Assembly: GCA_003562195.1 (NCBI GenBank)
Contig: PWVT01000090.1
Span: 1-39,114 of the forward strand
DNA: 39,114 nucleotides
Direction: 5' to 3'
Origin: Phycisphaeraceae bacterium
Lineage (GTDB): Bacteria > Planctomycetota > Phycisphaerae > Phycisphaerales > SM1A02
Position 1 is the first letter of the stretch. Every line of letters begins with the position of its first letter. Shown piece after piece: positions 18,175 to 26,906 of this stretch. A program made the position numbers and the translations under genes. A model generated the notes under the pieces. That model was not told the DNA's origin. It did not search any database and saw nothing but the letters and a program-made list of their open reading frames with translations.

Positions 18175-18273
18175 GGTAGTGGGTCAGTTTGAGTAGAGGT
18201 GGCACAGGCGTCCCGCCTGTACATGGTCTGAACAGGCCAGAGGCCTGTTCCACTTTCAAACTGATCCACTACC
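18175..18273. other. 99-nt compound inverted repeat (three-way-junction fold): possible ncRNA, processing or termination element
   Basis: The outer arms GGTAGTGGGTCAGTTTGA..GGTGG (18175..18202) and CCACT..TCAAACTGATCCACTACC (18250..18273) pair over about 24 bp. Two inner hairpins are ACAGGCG-TCC-CGCCTGT (18204..18220) and GAACAGGCC-AGA-GGCCTGTTC (18230..18250). Confidence 0.4.
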
Positions 18274-18998
18274 TACTTCGGTGTGCCCGGCTTGGTGCTG
18301 GTGAGAGTAAAGCGGTGGAAATTGTATTGGCGATATGCCACAGCAGGCAGACCGACGCGGGTGGCGAATTTCATCACCTCTTCGCGCGTAAAGCCAGCTT
18401 CAACACTGACGCGCGCATCATGCCTTGCCATCGCGGGAATACCTGTCCCCGGCAGTGTGAGCAGTCGAACCCCAATGCGTGCCCAGAACCCGCGAATGAG
18501 ATCATTCCAAATCAGTCCGTGTGTCGTGAGCCGATCCATGATCCGCAAGGTTGTCAGCACATCCACATCTTCAAGATGATGCAGGAACAGACCGGCATGA
18601 GCATAATCGAACGACCCCGGCTGATAGTGGTCCATGAGTTTGAGCGCATCGGCCTGTTCAAGCGTGATGTCAGGGATGTCGCCGACGAAGGCCCGAGCCG
18701 CCGCTAGCGTCTTGGCATGGACATCCACACCAGTAATCTGAACATTGATCTTTGAGCGCTGCGCCCAACTTGCAATGGCCAGTGGAATGTCCGCTGAACC
18801 GGTGCCGACATCGAGAATGCGCATGGTCTTGTCGCTCGGCCAGGACTTTGCCCAGTTGCGCAAGTGCGCCAACACTGCGGATGTTCCGCCGAGGCGCTGG
18901 TTGAACCTGCGGATGAATTGCAGCGAACGCGCCAACTCCGCCTCATCCACATCTGGATCGTCCATCAGTTCCGGGACCAAGTGGCGTTGCGTCAGCAT
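18273..18998 (-). CDS. class I SAM-dependent methyltransferase
   Basis: PELMDDP ... RILDVGTGSADIPLAIA (motif I, GxGxG-like) ... ITGVDV ... FDYAHAGLFLHHL is the typical Rossmann-fold methyltransferase layout. Confidence 0.85.
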   Translation of the reverse strand: MLTQRHLVPELMDDPDVDEAELARSLQFIRRFNQRLGGTSAVLAHLRNWAKSWPSDKTMRILDVGTGSADIPLAIASWAQRSKINVQITGVDVHAKTLAAARAFVGDIPDITLEQADALKLMDHYQPGSFDYAHAGLFLHHLEDVDVLTTLRIMDRLTTHGLIWNDLIRGFWARIGVRLLTLPGTGIPAMARHDARVSVEAGFTREEVMKFATRVGLPAVAYRQYNFHRFTLTSTKPGTPK

Positions 18999-19047
18999 GG
19001 GCCTGCCCTTGCGGAGAATGTGTCATCATGTCCCACGCGTTCGGATG

Positions 19048-19986
19048 TTAGAAGCGAAGCGAACCGGATACGCCAACGAATGGGGCAGGGTCATAACTCT
19101 CACGGGCGAGACGATTTCCATCGCGATCTTCCAACCGCATGCGTCCGCCTAGAGCGACACCACCGAAGAGATTGACCGACAAGCCCGGATTGACGTGGTA
19201 TGTCAGGCGTGCCCAGAGCGGCGTGCTGATGTCCTGGCCAATACCGCGCGGTGCTGCGCCGCTGTCATCAAGCCGAAAACGTCGATAGCGCATCGCTGTG
19301 CCTGCGGCGACTTCAATTCCTTCAACGACTTCATAGATCAGTTCAAGGCCGCTTTCACCCGCCGCAGAAGCGGCTGTGGTGCTGGTTAACCGCAGCGCGT
19401 CGGTCAGGTTCCAGTCAAGCACAACGATCGGGAACAAGCGTGGCCCGTCACTGAGTTGTGTGACGACCCCCATCCCGCCACCAATGGTGAGGTTCTCATC
19501 AAACTTGTATGAAACCCCGCCAAACCCACCGCCGATGAGCGACTTCTCCCAGCTCGCGCCGGATTCACGCGAGAACTGGCCCATCGGTCCGCCGAAGACC
19601 GTCCAGTCTGAATCCAGCGCCGCTGAAAAGATGGCACCGAAATTAATTGTGTGTATGTCATCCCACGGATCGTCGCCAAAGTTTCCGCCATCGCGAAAAC
19701 TATAGCGATCCAGGTTGTAGTTCATTCGAAACGTGAGGGTCATGTCGTCCGTCAGGTCAGATCGCACGCCCAAGCCAACCGATCCCCGCGCCACGCGAAA
19801 TGCGCCGCCACGGTTGATGTCAGTACGAAACTGGTACTGCCCGGAGGCAGGGATGGAGAAGAAGACCGATCGCCCCGACCCATCCGCTTCGACCTGTGTT
19901 TCCGCCCCCATGACAGACGCGGCCGGCAACACAAAAACGCTGCTCGCCAAAACAAGACTCATGCAAGAAAGGGACGGTTTATTCAC
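19048..19986 (-). CDS. putative outer-membrane beta-barrel protein
   Basis: The GTG at 19986 has GGAGG 5 nt upstream and gives the signal peptide (M)NKPSLSCMSLVLASSVFVLPAASVMG. The body has alternating hydrophobic/Gly-rich strands, and the C-terminus is GVSGSLRF, whose terminal Phe is typical of OMPs. The longer track ORF (to 20133) would overlap the upstream gene. Confidence 0.5.
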   Translation of the reverse strand: MNKPSLSCMSLVLASSVFVLPAASVMGAETQVEADGSGRSVFFSIPASGQYQFRTDINRGGAFRVARGSVGLGVRSDLTDDMTLTFRMNYNLDRYSFRDGGNFGDDPWDDIHTINFGAIFSAALDSDWTVFGGPMGQFSRESGASWEKSLIGGGFGGVSYKFDENLTIGGGMGVVTQLSDGPRLFPIVVLDWNLTDALRLTSTTAASAAGESGLELIYEVVEGIEVAAGTAMRYRRFRLDDSGAAPRGIGQDISTPLWARLTYHVNPGLSVNLFGGVALGGRMRLEDRDGNRLARESYDPAPFVGVSGSLRF

Positions 19987-20104
19987 AACGACCTCCAAGT
20001 GGTTCGTGTCGAAAAGCGTGCTGGTGGATGCGTAGCGTAAGGACTTTTGCCAATCTGGCAACGATGCAGCCATATCGATCGCGTACACACGTTTGCGGCA
20101 GACG

Positions 20105-22045
20105 TTAGACCGACACCTTGCGGAGGTACACAAACCATTCCACGAGGAGCAACATCACTGCGGCTGCAATGAGCCACGGCCATAACTCGCGTGGCACGAC
20201 ATGTGAACCCTGATCGCCCGAGGCAGCTTCGGAATTGACGACCAGTTCACTGTGCGGACGGATATCAGATTCGCTATCGCTCAGCACGCTCACCGCGATG
20301 TTCTGCATCGGAGGTGCAGCACCATTCACTTCATACACGCCGGCACGTCGGAGTGCTGGCAACGATCGCACTGCGCCGGGTTCCACATTCACGGTCATAC
20401 TCGTCGGCCCTTCAATTTGCAGTCGATTCGCACTACCCAGCGCTCGGACTGTAATGGGATCTCCTGGCATGTGAACCAGCCCGTTCTGGCCAGAGCCGGC
20501 AAGCAGGATGTAATCCAGCACGTTCTGCATAAACACAACAATGCTCACGTGCATCGGCCAGTTGCTGCGCTCAAGACTGAACCCAGCGACAACATGCCGT
20601 GCACCACGTGTACGGAGCAAGGCAATCACCGGCCCCTCCGGACCGGTCGCCAATGCGGTCGCTGCCGAAGGCAGTTCATAGCCGCCAAAGCCAGCATAGA
20701 GGATCGTGTCCAACGACACATGACGCATGACAGGATGCTGACGATCCCAACTGAGTATGCGCCGTCCGCCTTCGCTGCGCGGTTCGATGGCGTTGACACC
20801 GGCCGGCACGCCGCCGAACGTCAGACTCGGTATCCCCGGCAAACGAGATGGTGAGACACGATCAAACACGATCAGATCGAACTCCTCACCTGCATCGATA
20901 TCGCGCGGATCAAGCTCGGCGAATGCTTCAGCGCGAAGCGCGGTCAACGATCGCGGATCCATGTCGGCGATAAGGTCATAGGTGAATGGATCGGGCCGAT
21001 GACCTGCATGGACAAATCCAACGCGCGGCTGTGCAGGCGGCGGCATCACCAGCGAAGCCATATCGTCCACTGCAAGAGCGTCCTCGTGATTGTGCTCTAA
21101 TGTAATGATTGCCTCTTCATTGAGCTGCAACGAAAACGTGGCAGTCGCTTCACCAGGACTGTCATCCGTTGCGCCAGGCACATCGATGCGCCTGAGCTGA
21201 TCGACCTCGCCATTGACGCGCAGAGTAAGTACGGCGGATAATTCGGCTGGGCCGGCGTTGACCAACCTGGAGAATACAAGCACTCGAGCTGGATCTTCAT
21301 AGTCCCGCCGCGCGCTGAATGAAACAATGCCGAGATTGTCCACCGGCTGCGTGGATGGTGGGCCGACCCGGATGTATCGAAATGTGCCTGCACGCAGCAT
21401 GAAGCCCAACCGATCTCGTGGCGGGGCAACACACCCATCGGAGAGCAGCACCACTTCTCCGGCTTGTGCGCCCGGTTCTTCACTATCGCCGGAGAAAGCT
21501 GCAGCCAATTGCAGCGCTGCATCAAGATTGGCTGTCTCGTCCGTAGGCCCTATGGAATTGATCGCACGAATCAACGCAGCGCGATCGAATTCGAAGCTGG
21601 AAACGACATGGGCCGTGCGCGCAAATGCGATGACCATCATCTCACTGACGCCGCCGCTGCGTCGCAGGCGCTCGACCATGTCGATGGCTTCTTCCTTCGC
21701 GTGTTCGAGTCGCGAACGGCCGTCTGCATCGGTCGCATTCATGGATGCGCTGCGATCAATGACCAGAACGATGCGATCCGCCACGCCGGATTCCGCTTCC
21801 GTCACCGGCCTGGCCATGGCCACCAGCAGCGCAGCGAGAATGAGCATCTGCAGCAGCAAAATGATGGAAAATCGAAGTCGCTGAAACGGGGCGTTGACCT
21901 CCAGATCCTCAAACGCGCTCCGCCACAGCAAGGTGCTCGCCATGCGCACATACCGCCGCCGCAGCTTGAGAAAGTACAGCAGCAACAGCAGTGGAAGTGT
22001 GACGGCTGCTGCGACCAAGGCCGTGATTGGCGTGAGGAAGCTCAC
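20105..22045 (-). CDS. BatA-like protein: N-terminal double-TM domain + von Willebrand factor A domain + C-terminal TM
   Basis: MSFLTPITALVAAAVTLPLLLLLYFLKLRRRYVRMASTLLWRS matches the aerotolerance/BatA N-terminal double-transmembrane domain. VLVIDRSASMNATD is a VWA MIDAS (DxSxS) motif. The C-terminal helix is LWPWLIAAAVMLLLVEWFVYL. GTG start. Confidence 0.8.
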   Translation of the reverse strand: MSFLTPITALVAAAVTLPLLLLLYFLKLRRRYVRMASTLLWRSAFEDLEVNAPFQRLRFSIILLLQMLILAALLVAMARPVTEAESGVADRIVLVIDRSASMNATDADGRSRLEHAKEEAIDMVERLRRSGGVSEMMVIAFARTAHVVSSFEFDRAALIRAINSIGPTDETANLDAALQLAAAFSGDSEEPGAQAGEVVLLSDGCVAPPRDRLGFMLRAGTFRYIRVGPPSTQPVDNLGIVSFSARRDYEDPARVLVFSRLVNAGPAELSAVLTLRVNGEVDQLRRIDVPGATDDSPGEATATFSLQLNEEAIITLEHNHEDALAVDDMASLVMPPPAQPRVGFVHAGHRPDPFTYDLIADMDPRSLTALRAEAFAELDPRDIDAGEEFDLIVFDRVSPSRLPGIPSLTFGGVPAGVNAIEPRSEGGRRILSWDRQHPVMRHVSLDTILYAGFGGYELPSAATALATGPEGPVIALLRTRGARHVVAGFSLERSNWPMHVSIVVFMQNVLDYILLAGSGQNGLVHMPGDPITVRALGSANRLQIEGPTSMTVNVEPGAVRSLPALRRAGVYEVNGAAPPMQNIAVSVLSDSESDIRPHSELVVNSEAASGDQGSHVVPRELWPWLIAAAVMLLLVEWFVYLRKVSV

Positions 22046-22095
22046 GCATCATTATTGCCACTGTATTGCGGGGTCGTCGGTTCTCTGTGTGAACT

Positions 22096-23040
22096 TCATG
22101 ACGCTTGGGCACGCTGCGAGTCACCTGGGGGATTTTCTTTGCCGGAGCAGTCTTGCAGCGAGAGCGATCGATTCTCACGGAAAAACCGGCTGGGTCGATC
22201 ATCTTCGAGCTGTGCCTGAAGCTTGCTCAACGCATCGAGTTCGATCTGGCGGACACGTTCGCGGGTCAACCCGACCTCTTCACCAATTTCTTTCAACGTC
22301 AATGGCTGCTGGCCTTCAAGACCGAAACGCAACTTAAGCACACGGGCATCACGTTCATCGATGGCATCGAGGAGCTTGAGGATCACCTGAAACTCTTCAC
22401 TTTGTGCGATGGTTTCATCGGGGGGCGTACACTTGCTGTCCTCGAACAGATTGGCGTAATCCACCGCATTGCCGTCTTCTCCGGTCGGCGCTTGCGAGGG
22501 TGAGTTGAATGCTCGCACGGCGCGGCGGATGACCTGCAGCTTCTTCGGCGCAACGTTCATCGCCTTTGCAAGTTCCTGCGTGGTTGGTTGGCGGCCAAGC
22601 TGCTCTTCGAGCATGCGGTTGGTGTCTTTCCAACGCGCGATCAGCTCCACCATGTACGCGGGAATGTGTATCGGTTGTACGGCATTGATGAGCGTGCGTT
22701 TGATTGCCTGCTTGATCCACCACGATGCGTAGGTGGAGAACCGTGCACCCTGCGCCGGATCAAAGCCCTCCACAGCCCGAATCAGACCAAGGTTGCCTTC
22801 TTCGATGAGGTCGGCCAGCGGCAGGCCGCGATGCGCGTAGTTCTTGCTGATGGACACCACCAGCCGCAAGTTTGCGCGAACCATGCGTTCTTTGGCTGCG
22901 TGGTCATTGTCGTTGATAATGCGCCAACCGAGTTCTTTCTCTTCCTCTGCAGTCAACAACCCGACCTCGTTGATCTGCCGGAGATAAAGCTGAAGATCGG
23001 AATGCAAGGCGTTACTGGCCAATGCTCGCTGACCTTTCAT
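22096..23040 (-). CDS. sigma-70 family RNA polymerase sigma factor (RpoD/SigA-like regions 1.2-4, no region 1.1)
   Basis: [20 protein letters not shown] (region 1.2/2.1), [57 protein letters not shown] (regions 2.2-2.4), and [28 protein letters not shown] (region 4.2 HTH). Confidence 0.9.
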   Translation of the reverse strand: MKGQRALASNALHSDLQLYLRQINEVGLLTAEEEKELGWRIINDNDHAAKERMVRANLRLVVSISKNYAHRGLPLADLIEEGNLGLIRAVEGFDPAQGARFSTYASWWIKQAIKRTLINAVQPIHIPAYMVELIARWKDTNRMLEEQLGRQPTTQELAKAMNVAPKKLQVIRRAVRAFNSPSQAPTGEDGNAVDYANLFEDSKCTPPDETIAQSEEFQVILKLLDAIDERDARVLKLRFGLEGQQPLTLKEIGEEVGLTRERVRQIELDALSKLQAQLEDDRPSRFFRENRSLSLQDCSGKENPPGDSQRAQAS

Positions 23041-23331
23041 CTAACCGAGTTGCGCATGCTACTCGCCTGAAACGGAACCGATGGGCAAGCAGCGGATTAG
23101 AGATGAATCTCGACTCCACGAACGAACCAGATGGCCCGCCCCACCAGTTCCTAGAATGAGCCAGCGCGATGCTCTCTCACCCTACCATCCAATGTAATGC
23201 TACTCATTGCATCTGTGCCAAGCAACGGTCAATTCCGGCCGATTGATGATTCGGGCAGAATTCCAATTCCAAGCTACTTTCGGCTTGATCTCACCCCGTC
23301 TTGACACCTTCACCTGACACGTGGCAAGTCC

Positions 23332-24078
23332 ATGAACCACGATCTCACACAACTGCTTCAATCATGGCCGTATGAACCCGGACGCATCAATGCTCGCGTC
23401 ATTACCGGCGAAGACGGCCGAGAAAAGCTGCAAATGCGAATCGATCTGGGCGTATTGCAGATGGAATTGCAAGGGCGACCCGATGGCAAGCAGCCGCACG
23501 GCTTTGAATCGCTGCTCGATTATCAGCTTGATCGCCTTCACCGATACACCGAACAGAACGGGTCCCCCGCTGGCTTTGTCCTCAGCGCCGAGGAAGCTGC
23601 GGCCTTGCGGGAAGAGGCCATCCACTACTACCACCGCTATGTCGGCCTATTTGCCATACGAGACTATGAAGGCGTGATTCGCGATACGCAGCGCAACCTG
23701 GATGTGCTTGATCTCTGTCGCGAGTACGGCCAGACTGAAACGGACCGGCGCGTGCTTGAGCAGTTTCGGCCGCAGGTCATCGTCATGCGTGTGCGCAGCG
23801 AAGCTGAACGAGCATTGGCTGCCAACGCCCCGCGAGATGCCCTGGCGGCTCTGGATCGCGGCTTGTCCGAACTGCGCACGGTCTTTGCTGAGAGCGGCAA
23901 CGACGATGCGTTCGAGACTTCCAACGAAGCGCAGTTGCTCCGTGGGATGCGTGATGTGCTCATTCCCAAGCTCCCGGCAAGCCAACGCGCAGAATTGCAG
24001 GAGCGGCTCATGGCGGCACTCGATGCGGAAAACTATGAACTGGCCGCCATCCTGCGCGATGAACTTCGAATGCTGTGA
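23332..24078 (+). CDS. UVR-domain-containing protein of unknown function
   Basis: The C-terminal LMAALDAENYELAAILRDELRML fits the UvrB/UvrC (UVR) motif. The remainder is helical with no recognised family. Confidence 0.6.
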   Translation: MNHDLTQLLQSWPYEPGRINARVITGEDGREKLQMRIDLGVLQMELQGRPDGKQPHGFESLLDYQLDRLHRYTEQNGSPAGFVLSAEEAAALREEAIHYYHRYVGLFAIRDYEGVIRDTQRNLDVLDLCREYGQTETDRRVLEQFRPQVIVMRVRSEAERALAANAPRDALAALDRGLSELRTVFAESGNDDAFETSNEAQLLRGMRDVLIPKLPASQRAELQERLMAALDAENYELAAILRDELRML

Positions 24079-24088
24079 CGCGTGGGAA

Positions 24089-24730
24089 TCACTTGCCCAA
24101 GGCCTTTTCCACACGAGCCAAGAGCCGCCGCTCCATGGCTTCATCGCGTCCCATCGGCACCCAGAACGGACGGTTTTCCGTGACGTCGTCCTCCGGCCCT
24201 GTCGCTGTTGAAGCAGCACGGCGGGTCCATGTGGATCGGCGCAGGCCAGGCCGCTGCAGACGCTCCACATGCACCAGCACCCGAAGCTGCATCGCACCTT
24301 CATACCGGGTGAGATCCGCATCCACCTCGTCTACGGCAAGCAGATCAAGTGCCGCAGCACTGGCCTGATCGTCCGGGGCAAGTAGCGGCATGAACTCGAA
24401 TCGCGCCCGACGACGCTGGTGTCCCAGCGTGCTCTCCAACGTGCGCTGCATCGGCTCGCGCACTGCGTGCCATGGCTCAAGCATCGTCGGTGCGGATGTG
24501 GGTTGTGTCTCGACAACTCCCGCTCGGCGATCGCGAAAACCGCCAACAAGCGACTCTTTACGTGCAGCTTCAATCGCAGCATCGAAGGCATTGTGATACT
24601 CATCATGACTCAGATGCAGTTGGGCAGGTCCAGGTGATGCAGCACACCCGGTCAACACTACGATGAGCAGAACCGACAAGGCGATCATGCAGCGGCCGAT
24701 AACAGCAACAGCAGGGGGAATCACAGCCAT
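24089..24730 (-). CDS. putative lipoprotein, function unknown
   Basis: The ATG at 24730 gives MAVIPPAVAVIGRCMIALSVLLIVVLTGC (signal peptide plus L-T-G-C lipobox). No family recognised. Confidence 0.45.
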   Translation of the reverse strand: MAVIPPAVAVIGRCMIALSVLLIVVLTGCAASPGPAQLHLSHDEYHNAFDAAIEAARKESLVGGFRDRRAGVVETQPTSAPTMLEPWHAVREPMQRTLESTLGHQRRRARFEFMPLLAPDDQASAAALDLLAVDEVDADLTRYEGAMQLRVLVHVERLQRPGLRRSTWTRRAASTATGPEDDVTENRPFWVPMGRDEAMERRLLARVEKALGK

Positions 24731-24861
24731 GAACGAAAGTCTAACCGACCTTTCATTGTGCCGCGCGGGGCCGATACACATCATCTTTGATCACAGATAG
24801 ACAGAAACTCAAGCGTTGACGAGCCGAAAGAAGAGTGTATAGAGTGTTCGCGGAGGATTGA

Positions 24862-25599
24862 ATGAGCCAGTCAACTCGGTATCGACGGAGCGGAGCCATC
24901 GCGGCGTGCGTGATTGGTGCAGGTGTTCTGACTCTGATTGGTACGGAGGTTCTTGGCATTTCCCTTCGCGGCGGAGATCGCGGTACTGGAAGCGGCACAC
25001 AACAGCAATTGCCGACAACGATGGAGGACTTCTTCCAACCGGGCACACAGCCGGATCCTTCAGGTGAAATCGTCCAGCCGATTATTCACTCCAACAATTG
25101 CGTCGCGTGTCACGGGCAATATCTCCTCGATGAAAAGGTCCCTTCCTATGCTGAGGCGTGGGATGGTTGGATCAACAGCATCAAGGGCCACACCGCCCGC
25201 GACCCCATCTGGAAGGCCGCCGTGGCCATTGCCAATCAGGATGCTGCTGGCGCGGGTGAATATTGCATTCGCTGCCATGTGCCCCGCGGCTGGTTGGCCG
25301 GCCGCTCTGAGACTGGGCTTGTCGAAGATCTTGACGATCTGGATTTTGACGGCGTCAACTGCCACTTCTGTCATCGAGTGGTTAACCCCGTCCTGACCAA
25401 AGACAGCCCCAAAGAAGACGGCCCCATCCTCGCCGCATTGGACTTTCCTCCCACCGGCGCTCCCGGCAATGCACGCTGGGTGCTTGATCCCAATGATGTA
25501 CGACGCGGTCCGTTTGACGATGTGCCACTGAATATGCATGGCGAAGCGGACATCATCTTCTCGCCGTTTCATCTTGAATCCGCCATGTGCGGGACCTGA
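24862..25599 (+). CDS. multihaem cytochrome c-like protein, N-terminal part (ends at an in-frame TGA inside a CXXCH motif)
   Basis: GGAGG lies 5 nt before the ATG at 24862, and there is an N-terminal anchor or signal AIAACVIGAGVLTLIG. Three CXXCH motifs are present: CVACH (25099..25113), CIRCH (25264..25278) and CHFCH (25360..25374). The ORF ends ...SAMCGT-TGA. Confidence 0.7.
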   Translation: MSQSTRYRRSGAIAACVIGAGVLTLIGTEVLGISLRGGDRGTGSGTQQQLPTTMEDFFQPGTQPDPSGEIVQPIIHSNNCVACHGQYLLDEKVPSYAEAWDGWINSIKGHTARDPIWKAAVAIANQDAAGAGEYCIRCHVPRGWLAGRSETGLVEDLDDLDFDGVNCHFCHRVVNPVLTKDSPKEDGPILAALDFPPTGAPGNARWVLDPNDVRRGPFDDVPLNMHGEADIIFSPFHLESAMCGT

Positions 25600-25605
25600 C
25601 ATGAT

Positions 25606-26817
25606 GTGAGCAATCCGGTGTTTGAACGCCAACCCGATGGCAGCTTTGCCATTGGCACGTTCGGTCAGCCGCATTCAACGCAAAACACGCACGACATGAT
25701 GCCCGAGCAACGCACGTACAGCGAATGGCTGCATAGTGATTTTGCCAAGGGCGGCGTGTACTTCCCCGATGGTCGTTTCGGTGGCAATCACGACACCGGC
25801 ATCATGCAATCCTGCCAGGACTGTCACATGCCCAAGAAATTCACCGGTGGGTGCAGCTTCTGGGATGTTGATGGGCTGCCGTTCTTCCCGCGCCCGGACA
25901 TGCCCATGCATCACTTCGCAGGCGGCAATACCTGGGTGCTTGGCGCGATCTATGAACTGTACGGCGAGGACATCGGCCTGACGGCTGAATCCGTTGCCGA
26001 TGCCCAGGAACGCACCGCAGACATGCTCCGCGCTGCATCGGATATGGAACTGGACATCATTGATGATGAACTACGCGTACGAATCATCAACTGGTCCGGC
26101 CACAAGTTGCCCACCGGCTACCCTGAAGGCCGCCGCATGTGGGTCAACGTCAAGTTCTATGACGAACAAGACAATGTCGTCAACGAGCACGGCCATTACG
26201 ATTACAAAACTGCGACGCTCTATGGTGACGACACGAAGGTGTACGAGATGAAGCTCGGTATGGATAAAGACGTTGCCGCAGCAACAGGTCTTGAGCCAGG
26301 CAAGTCATTCCACCTCGTGCTCAACAACGTCGTGCTGCTGGACAATCGCATTCCCCCGCCCGGTTTCACCAACGCAGCGTATGAAAGCGTACTCGCTCAG
26401 CCGGTCAACTACTCCTACGAAGATGGCCAGCATTGGGATGACACGCATTTTGATATCCCTGCTGGAGCAACATCAGCGGTCGCGACGCTGTATTTCCAAA
26501 CGACCAGCCGTGAGTACATTGAGTTCCTGCGCGATCAGAACGTCACCAACTTCGATGGCTTCATCGCTTACGACCTGTGGGAATCTCAAGGCCGCAGCGC
26601 ACCGCTGGATATGGTCAGTTCAGTGATTGACCTAGATGTGCAGCCGGGCAACCCGGCTGATCTCAATGGTGACGGCGTGGTGGATGTCTCAGACCTGCTG
26701 ATCCTGCTGTCCAATTGGGGTCCCTGCCCACGTGGCGACACCTGCCTCGGCGACATCAACAAGGACGGCGTGGTCAATGTGTCAGACCTGCTGATTCTGC
26801 TCGGCAATTGGGGATAA
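25606..26817 (+). CDS. multihaem cytochrome c-like protein, C-terminal part with dockerin-like repeats (same frame as 24862..25599)
   Basis: It is in the same reading frame as the upstream ORF and has no RBS or signal peptide of its own. The only nearby start is a GTG two codons after the TGA. It contains CQDCH (25813..25827) and ends with DLNGDGVVDVSDLLILLSNWG..DINKDGVVNVSDLLILLGNWG. Confidence 0.7.
   Translation: MSNPVFERQPDGSFAIGTFGQPHSTQNTHDMMPEQRTYSEWLHSDFAKGGVYFPDGRFGGNHDTGIMQSCQDCHMPKKFTGGCSFWDVDGLPFFPRPDMPMHHFAGGNTWVLGAIYELYGEDIGLTAESVADAQERTADMLRAASDMELDIIDDELRVRIINWSGHKLPTGYPEGRRMWVNVKFYDEQDNVVNEHGHYDYKTATLYGDDTKVYEMKLGMDKDVAAATGLEPGKSFHLVLNNVVLLDNRIPPPGFTNAAYESVLAQPVNYSYEDGQHWDDTHFDIPAGATSAVATLYFQTTSREYIEFLRDQNVTNFDGFIAYDLWESQGRSAPLDMVSSVIDLDVQPGNPADLNGDGVVDVSDLLILLSNWGPCPRGDTCLGDINKDGVVNVSDLLILLGNWG
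25624..25662 (+). other. hairpin downstream of the in-frame TGA (weak SECIS-like candidate)
   Basis: GAACG/CGTTC (25624..25628 with 25658..25662) encloses CCGATGGCA-GCTT-TGCCATTGG (25634..25655), a 9-bp stem with one G-U pair. The apical loop starts 43 nt after the TGA. Confidence 0.2.
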
Positions 26818-26906
26818 AGGGCCAAATTGGAAATCGCGATCCGGATACGCTGACACCACAGCAATCAAGATCGGCGCTACGAAGCGGGCAAGCCCGCTCG
26901 CTCAAC

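Noticed and set aside
18045-18273. The tRNA-Gly locus as an integration site for a genomic island.
   Set aside because: There is no integrase, excisionase or phage/plasmid gene on either side, and I did not spot a direct repeat of the tRNA 3' end. The flanking genes look like ordinary chromosomal genes.
22096-23040. The short (314 aa) RpoD-like sigma factor lacking region 1.1 as something unusual.
   Set aside because: Group 2/3-type sigma-70 paralogs of this size are common. Without the rest of the genome I cannot say whether it is the principal sigma factor.
25597-25599. An alternative genetic code (TGA as a sense codon genome-wide) as an explanation for the in-frame TGA.
   Set aside because: Several well-supported genes in this window terminate at TGA at the expected protein ends (for example the ECF-like sigma at 8333..8335, paralog B at 34148..34150 and the small membrane protein at 3943..3945). 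Global reassignment is therefore not supported. Only site-specific recoding, mutation or sequencing error remain.
26883-26898. Short hairpin AGCGGGC-AA-GCCCGCT between the convergent cytochrome and B12/MeaB genes as a bidirectional terminator.
   Set aside because: The loop is too small, the stem is short, and there is no U-tract on either strand. It is not convincing as an intrinsic terminator.
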